The notes beneath the pieces were generated by a model. That model was not told the origin of the DNA and did no database searches. It worked only from the letters and a program-made list of their open reading frames with translations. The position numbers were made by a program, and so were the translations under genes. A stretch of DNA of 64,000 nucleotides from Bacillota bacterium (GTDB lineage: Bacteria; Bacillota; JAAYKD01): NCBI GenBank assembly GCA_963666425.2, contig OY762825.2, positions 2,816,001-2,880,000 on the forward strand, given 5' to 3'. This document shows positions 60,440 through 64,000 of this stretch, piece by piece (position 1 is the first letter of the stretch; each line of letters starts with the position of its first letter).

Positions 60440-61741
60440 TTAATATTCCTTTGCGATTTTTACTTCTCCCGCGTTTTTTAAATAGCAGTTGAAAAATTCC
60501 AGCACAACTTTGTTCATTGTTTCAATACAATACCTTGCGTCAATCGTACCCACACCAAGCATTTTGGACAGTGTTGGAGAGAACAAGGGCAAATCGGTAA
60601 AGTTCAGATGCCCCGCATCTTGAAACACTGTCTCATAGGCACAGAGAGCATTCTGAGTCGCATGAAAGTTCTCATAGGCATCTCCAACAGATTCCTTTGC
60701 ATTTGTGTAATGATCCTCTGCATAGATGTTAAGCAGTGGCACCTGATAGGGCGTATCATTCAAAACAGCAGAGTTGTTTTCATATGCAATCTCTTCGCCC
60801 AGCATCGTTCCGTCCAGGACGATTACCGCATCTATATCATCCCGTGTTCTGCCAATTTGCGCAGACGAAGCACCACCAAGAGAATGTCCCATCAATCCGA
60901 TTTCTTCTGTGTTTATGATAGAAAATAACTCATCGGTATTACCTTTTCCGCAATCAGCTAGAATTGTATTAATAACGAAATTTTCATCATCTGTACGAAT
61001 CTTCATCCATTCACTGGTGGTAATATAAATTTCTTCTTCGTGACTTGTATCACGATCATTACTGATTTCAATTGCTGTATTGAGAAAATCAGTGTTTACT
61101 ATTGAAAGTTTACCGCTTGTGTCCATTGTATAGAACGCCTGATAGGTATGACCGATGCTTGCGACAACATATCCGTTTGAGGCAAGTTCCTCAAATGTAG
61201 AGTAATTACTGCCGCTGAAGCCAAACGCACCATGGGAAAAAACAACAAGCGGATAGGTCTGATCAGCGTTTTTGGGATACCAGAATTCAACCGTTAAAGC
61301 TCTGTTTTCACCAGATTTCGAGAATTCATCCATCCGGTTGGTATCAATCCAGGTATATTTTGCCATCGCTACTTCATATTCACCTGTAGTTTTCGGCTGC
61401 TGATATTGCGGGCATAGAATAGCAAGGAACAGAGCAAAGCTAAAGATGAAACAGTTCCTTACGAAACGAAAAATGTTTTTCCTCAGCCCATATTCCATTG
61501 CTCTTTTTCTGACGAGTATCACCGTGCCAACAAGCGCCTGTATCACCAGTACGAGTAATAACATCGTGTAGCGGAAGCTCCAATCATAAATGCCTGTGAT
61601 CAGCAACAAACAGAACAGCACCAGTAGGCCGATACTGATAATTGCTTTCTCTTCTCTGTGATTGTTTCTTGTGACGATTGACCATGCTAAAAAAAATGTC
61701 TCCAACGCGAGTAATAACACCAGTGTAAGAATTCCCATCAT
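60440..61741 (-). CDS. Membrane-anchored alpha/beta hydrolase (PAF-acetylhydrolase-like)
   Basis: FSHGAFG, LASNGYVV, GHSLGG, HLNFTD. Confidence 0.85.
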   Translation of the reverse strand: MMGILTLVLLLALETFFLAWSIVTRNNHREEKAIISIGLLVLFCLLLITGIYDWSFRYTMLLLVLVIQALVGTVILVRKRAMEYGLRKNIFRFVRNCFIFSFALFLAILCPQYQQPKTTGEYEVAMAKYTWIDTNRMDEFSKSGENRALTVEFWYPKNADQTYPLVVFSHGAFGFSGSNYSTFEELASNGYVVASIGHTYQAFYTMDTSGKLSIVNTDFLNTAIEISNDRDTSHEEEIYITTSEWMKIRTDDENFVINTILADCGKGNTDELFSIINTEEIGLMGHSLGGASSAQIGRTRDDIDAVIVLDGTMLGEEIAYENNSAVLNDTPYQVPLLNIYAEDHYTNAKESVGDAYENFHATQNALCAYETVFQDAGHLNFTDLPLFSPTLSKMLGVGTIDARYCIETMNKVVLEFFNCYLKNAGEVKIAKEY

Positions 61742-62057
61742 TTCACCCTCCAATTGATTTCTAACGCAACCATAACTGAAATCCACTTTGATATCAATCA
61801 ATTTTGGATGAAATGCGTTCTGGAAGGATGAGTTACGTTGAAGTGCTGGAGCTAAGTCAAAGAGGCCGCAAATGCTAAGATTGCCTGACCGAGCATTGTT
61901 TGGTATCATAGTTTAAAAGAGAAAAGGAAAGACACCCCTCAACAAGGAACTCAATCTGTAACCAGCAGCAGAGCCCAAGCGGTGTCCTACCAAAGCATGC
62001 TGATTGTATCAGACTTTACCTTTGAGCGCAAGAAGGGGCACAGAAAAATCTCACTAA

Positions 62058-62086
62058 TGTTCCAGGGGGACGGGGGTGTTGGCACA
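62058..62086 (+). repeat. Core repeat, copy 17
   Basis: 29-nt match to consensus, close after a TAA. Confidence 0.96.
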
Positions 62087-62305
62087 TTTTGACTGCACAG
62101 ATTTTGTTCTGGTCCGGCAGCCCTTTGAGACGGCCACGATTAGATCTAAAATTGAAGCAGATCAAAAGCGTTCCCCTAGATTGTTCATTAAGCTATTGTA
62201 ATCTCTGCTTTTGTGTGTAATGTCTTTGCGCATGGATAGATCAAGAAAATTTCATCATTCCCCTGGGTAACTTCATCCGGAATATACAATAATTAATACA
62301 TAAAA

Positions 62306-63109
62306 TTGAAAGTAAGTGGTTTCTTAGTGGACGTAAATTTGGAAAATTCTATTTTTGTTGAGGGCTTGCAGGGGAGCGGAAAAAGTACTCTTATCAACCG
62401 ATTGGCTGAAAAGTACCCCAGCAGCAAGGTGTACCATGAAGGTGATTACGCACTGACGGAACTGGCGTGGTGTGCTTATGTCGATGAAAATACTTATCGG
62501 CAAATTCTCAGGAAGTACCCAACGCTGCAGGAGAAAATTGAAGAGAATACAACGCGGGAAGAAGATTTCTGCGTTGTTACTTATACAAAAATCAGGACAG
62601 ACATCGTGGGGTTTCATCAAGATCTGGAGCAGTACGAAATTTATAATGGCAATCTATCCGAAGAAGCCTTTCAGAAAGTGGTTTTGTCCCGCTACGAACA
62701 ATGGAATGGAGAAGGGGAAATTTTCGAATGCGCTCTATTCCAAAACATCATAGAAAATATGATCTTGTATCTTCAGATGGAGGATGAGAAAATTCTGGAG
62801 TTTTATCGAAGACTATATCAAGTTATTGGTAAGAAAAAACTGACGATACTGTATCTTGACGCAGAGGATATTCGCACAAGTATTGAAGTGATAAAGAAAG
62901 AACGCTGCGACGAGAATGGAGTAGAATTGTGGTTCCAAATGATGGTTGAATATATAGAAGCCTCACCATATGGGAAGAAATGTGGGCTTGGTGGAATGGA
63001 AGGACTGCTAGCCCATCTGGAAAAAAGAAAAGCATTGGAACATCGAATTATATCGGAAGTATTTAACAAGGAAACGCAAATAGTAAAATCAAAGAAGTAT
63101 GAAATCTGA
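62306..63109 (+). CDS. P-loop nucleoside-kinase-like protein
   Basis: FVEGLQGSGKST; same family as 46218; start uncertain. Confidence 0.72.
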   Translation: MKVSGFLVDVNLENSIFVEGLQGSGKSTLINRLAEKYPSSKVYHEGDYALTELAWCAYVDENTYRQILRKYPTLQEKIEENTTREEDFCVVTYTKIRTDIVGFHQDLEQYEIYNGNLSEEAFQKVVLSRYEQWNGEGEIFECALFQNIIENMILYLQMEDEKILEFYRRLYQVIGKKKLTILYLDAEDIRTSIEVIKKERCDENGVELWFQMMVEYIEASPYGKKCGLGGMEGLLAHLEKRKALEHRIISEVFNKETQIVKSKKYEI

Positions 63110-63154
63110 ATTTATCGATGTGTTCCCGGCAATTATTCGCCTTCTCAAAGCATA

Positions 63155-63358
63155 TTGAAGGAAGTAGGAGCAACTAAACCAGAATTTGAAAAAATCAGCA
63201 GTTTTGGTAGAGTGATATTCTGGTCTGCTCCATTAAAAACATTCTCAAGGACACGCTGGTCTAAAATTGTTGGTGAATCTGTTTACAGTGAAATTACTAT
63301 CAGAAACGCAAATACCGTGAAAAACTTGGTGAAGTTGTGTCAGCAGCAGATGATTTGA
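63155..63358 (+). pseudogene. DUF1697 C-terminal fragment
   Basis: IFWSAP..SRTRWSKI..ITIRNANTV. Confidence 0.65.
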
Positions 63359-63409
63359 TGTTTGAAGCAGAAGTGATTCATGCAATTCTGATCATTGGAG
63401 GAAAAATAT

Positions 63410-63580
63410 ATGGAAAGAAAAATTAATCAACAGGTCAAAGGTTATCTAACAAAGGACGGAGCCGGCGTGAGTTTGGTCAGGGTATTGGGAAACGCTACGG
63501 TTCATGAATACGATCCGATTTTAATGCTTGATTCCTTTGACAGCACAAATCCGGCTGATTACACAGCGGGATTTCCTATG
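63410..63580 (+). pseudogene. Pirin N-terminal fragment
   Basis: DGAGVSLVRV, DPILMLD, AGFPM, then breaks before the HPH motif. Confidence 0.8.
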
Positions 63581-63642
63581 ACAGAAAAGAATTGTCCTGT
63601 CAGCAAGGATAAGGGGCTTTTTATCGTAGGGGGGAACTGAGC

Positions 63643-64000
63643 ATGATTGAAACAGTAAGGTGCCAGGTCAGGAAATTCACCGAAAATGATGTGGACGCCC
63701 TAGCCAGAATATTAGCAAATTCAAATGTTATGAAGTACATTGAGCCTTCTTATTCCTTAGAGCAGACACGCCAATTTTTGTGCACTGCGGGCTTGTCAGC
63801 CACCCCTCTTGTTTATGCGCTTGACCTCAAGGAAACCGGGCAACTGATCGGGCAGGTAATCTTTCATCCGTACCGCGAGGACTCCTATGAGATTGGTTGG
63901 ATTCTGGACGAATGCTGTTGGGGACAAGGATTGGCAGATGAGATTACTAAGGCGTTGATTGCATATGCCAAAGACGAAGGTATTGCACAACTAATGATGG
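63643..64000 (+). CDS. RimJ-like GNAT, 3'-partial
   Basis: MIETVRC..EIGWIL..WGQGLA; runs off the right edge. Confidence 0.8.
   Translation, partial: MIETVRCQVRKFTENDVDALARILANSNVMKYIEPSYSLEQTRQFLCTAGLSATPLVYALDLKETGQLIGQVIFHPYREDSYEIGWILDECCWGQGLADEITKALIAYAKDEGIAQLMM

Noticed and set aside
1941-62086. 30-bp repeat as a CRISPR array
   Set aside because: Copies are separated by kilobases containing whole genes, not 30-40 nt spacers, and no cas genes are present.

Overview
Low-GC Firmicute (Clostridia-like) accessory region with no rRNA, tRNA or CRISPR array. It has two parts. (1) A defence-island-like block at about 5.4-24.2 kb: RecD-like helicase, restriction endonuclease-STAND NTPase, truncated HsdR, EEP nuclease pseudogene, RloC-like ATPase, and a GT32 / GT25-GH16 / carbamoyltransferase operon. 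(2) Around it, a long array of small, mostly + strand genes (GNAT, HAD, NUDIX, kinases, phosphotransferase, nucleotidyltransferase, redox proteins), plus IS21 and IS1182 elements. The main unannotated signal is a 30-bp repeat, TGTTCCAGGGGGACGGGGGTGTTGGCACAG, found 17 times and always on the + strand. It usually abuts, overlaps or replaces a gene's stop codon. It is often followed by a decayed segment that translates as the C-terminus of the 23S rRNA m5U methyltransferase RlmD/RumA (SCNP...VDMFP.T.HVET.VLMSR). Duplicated blocks begin in the rlmD-like remnant, and one pair ends in the repeat with flanks exchanged across it. I infer an integron-like cassette-accretion system tied to the rlmD 3' end. 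No recombinase is visible in the window. All family assignments are from motif recognition by eye, not database searches.
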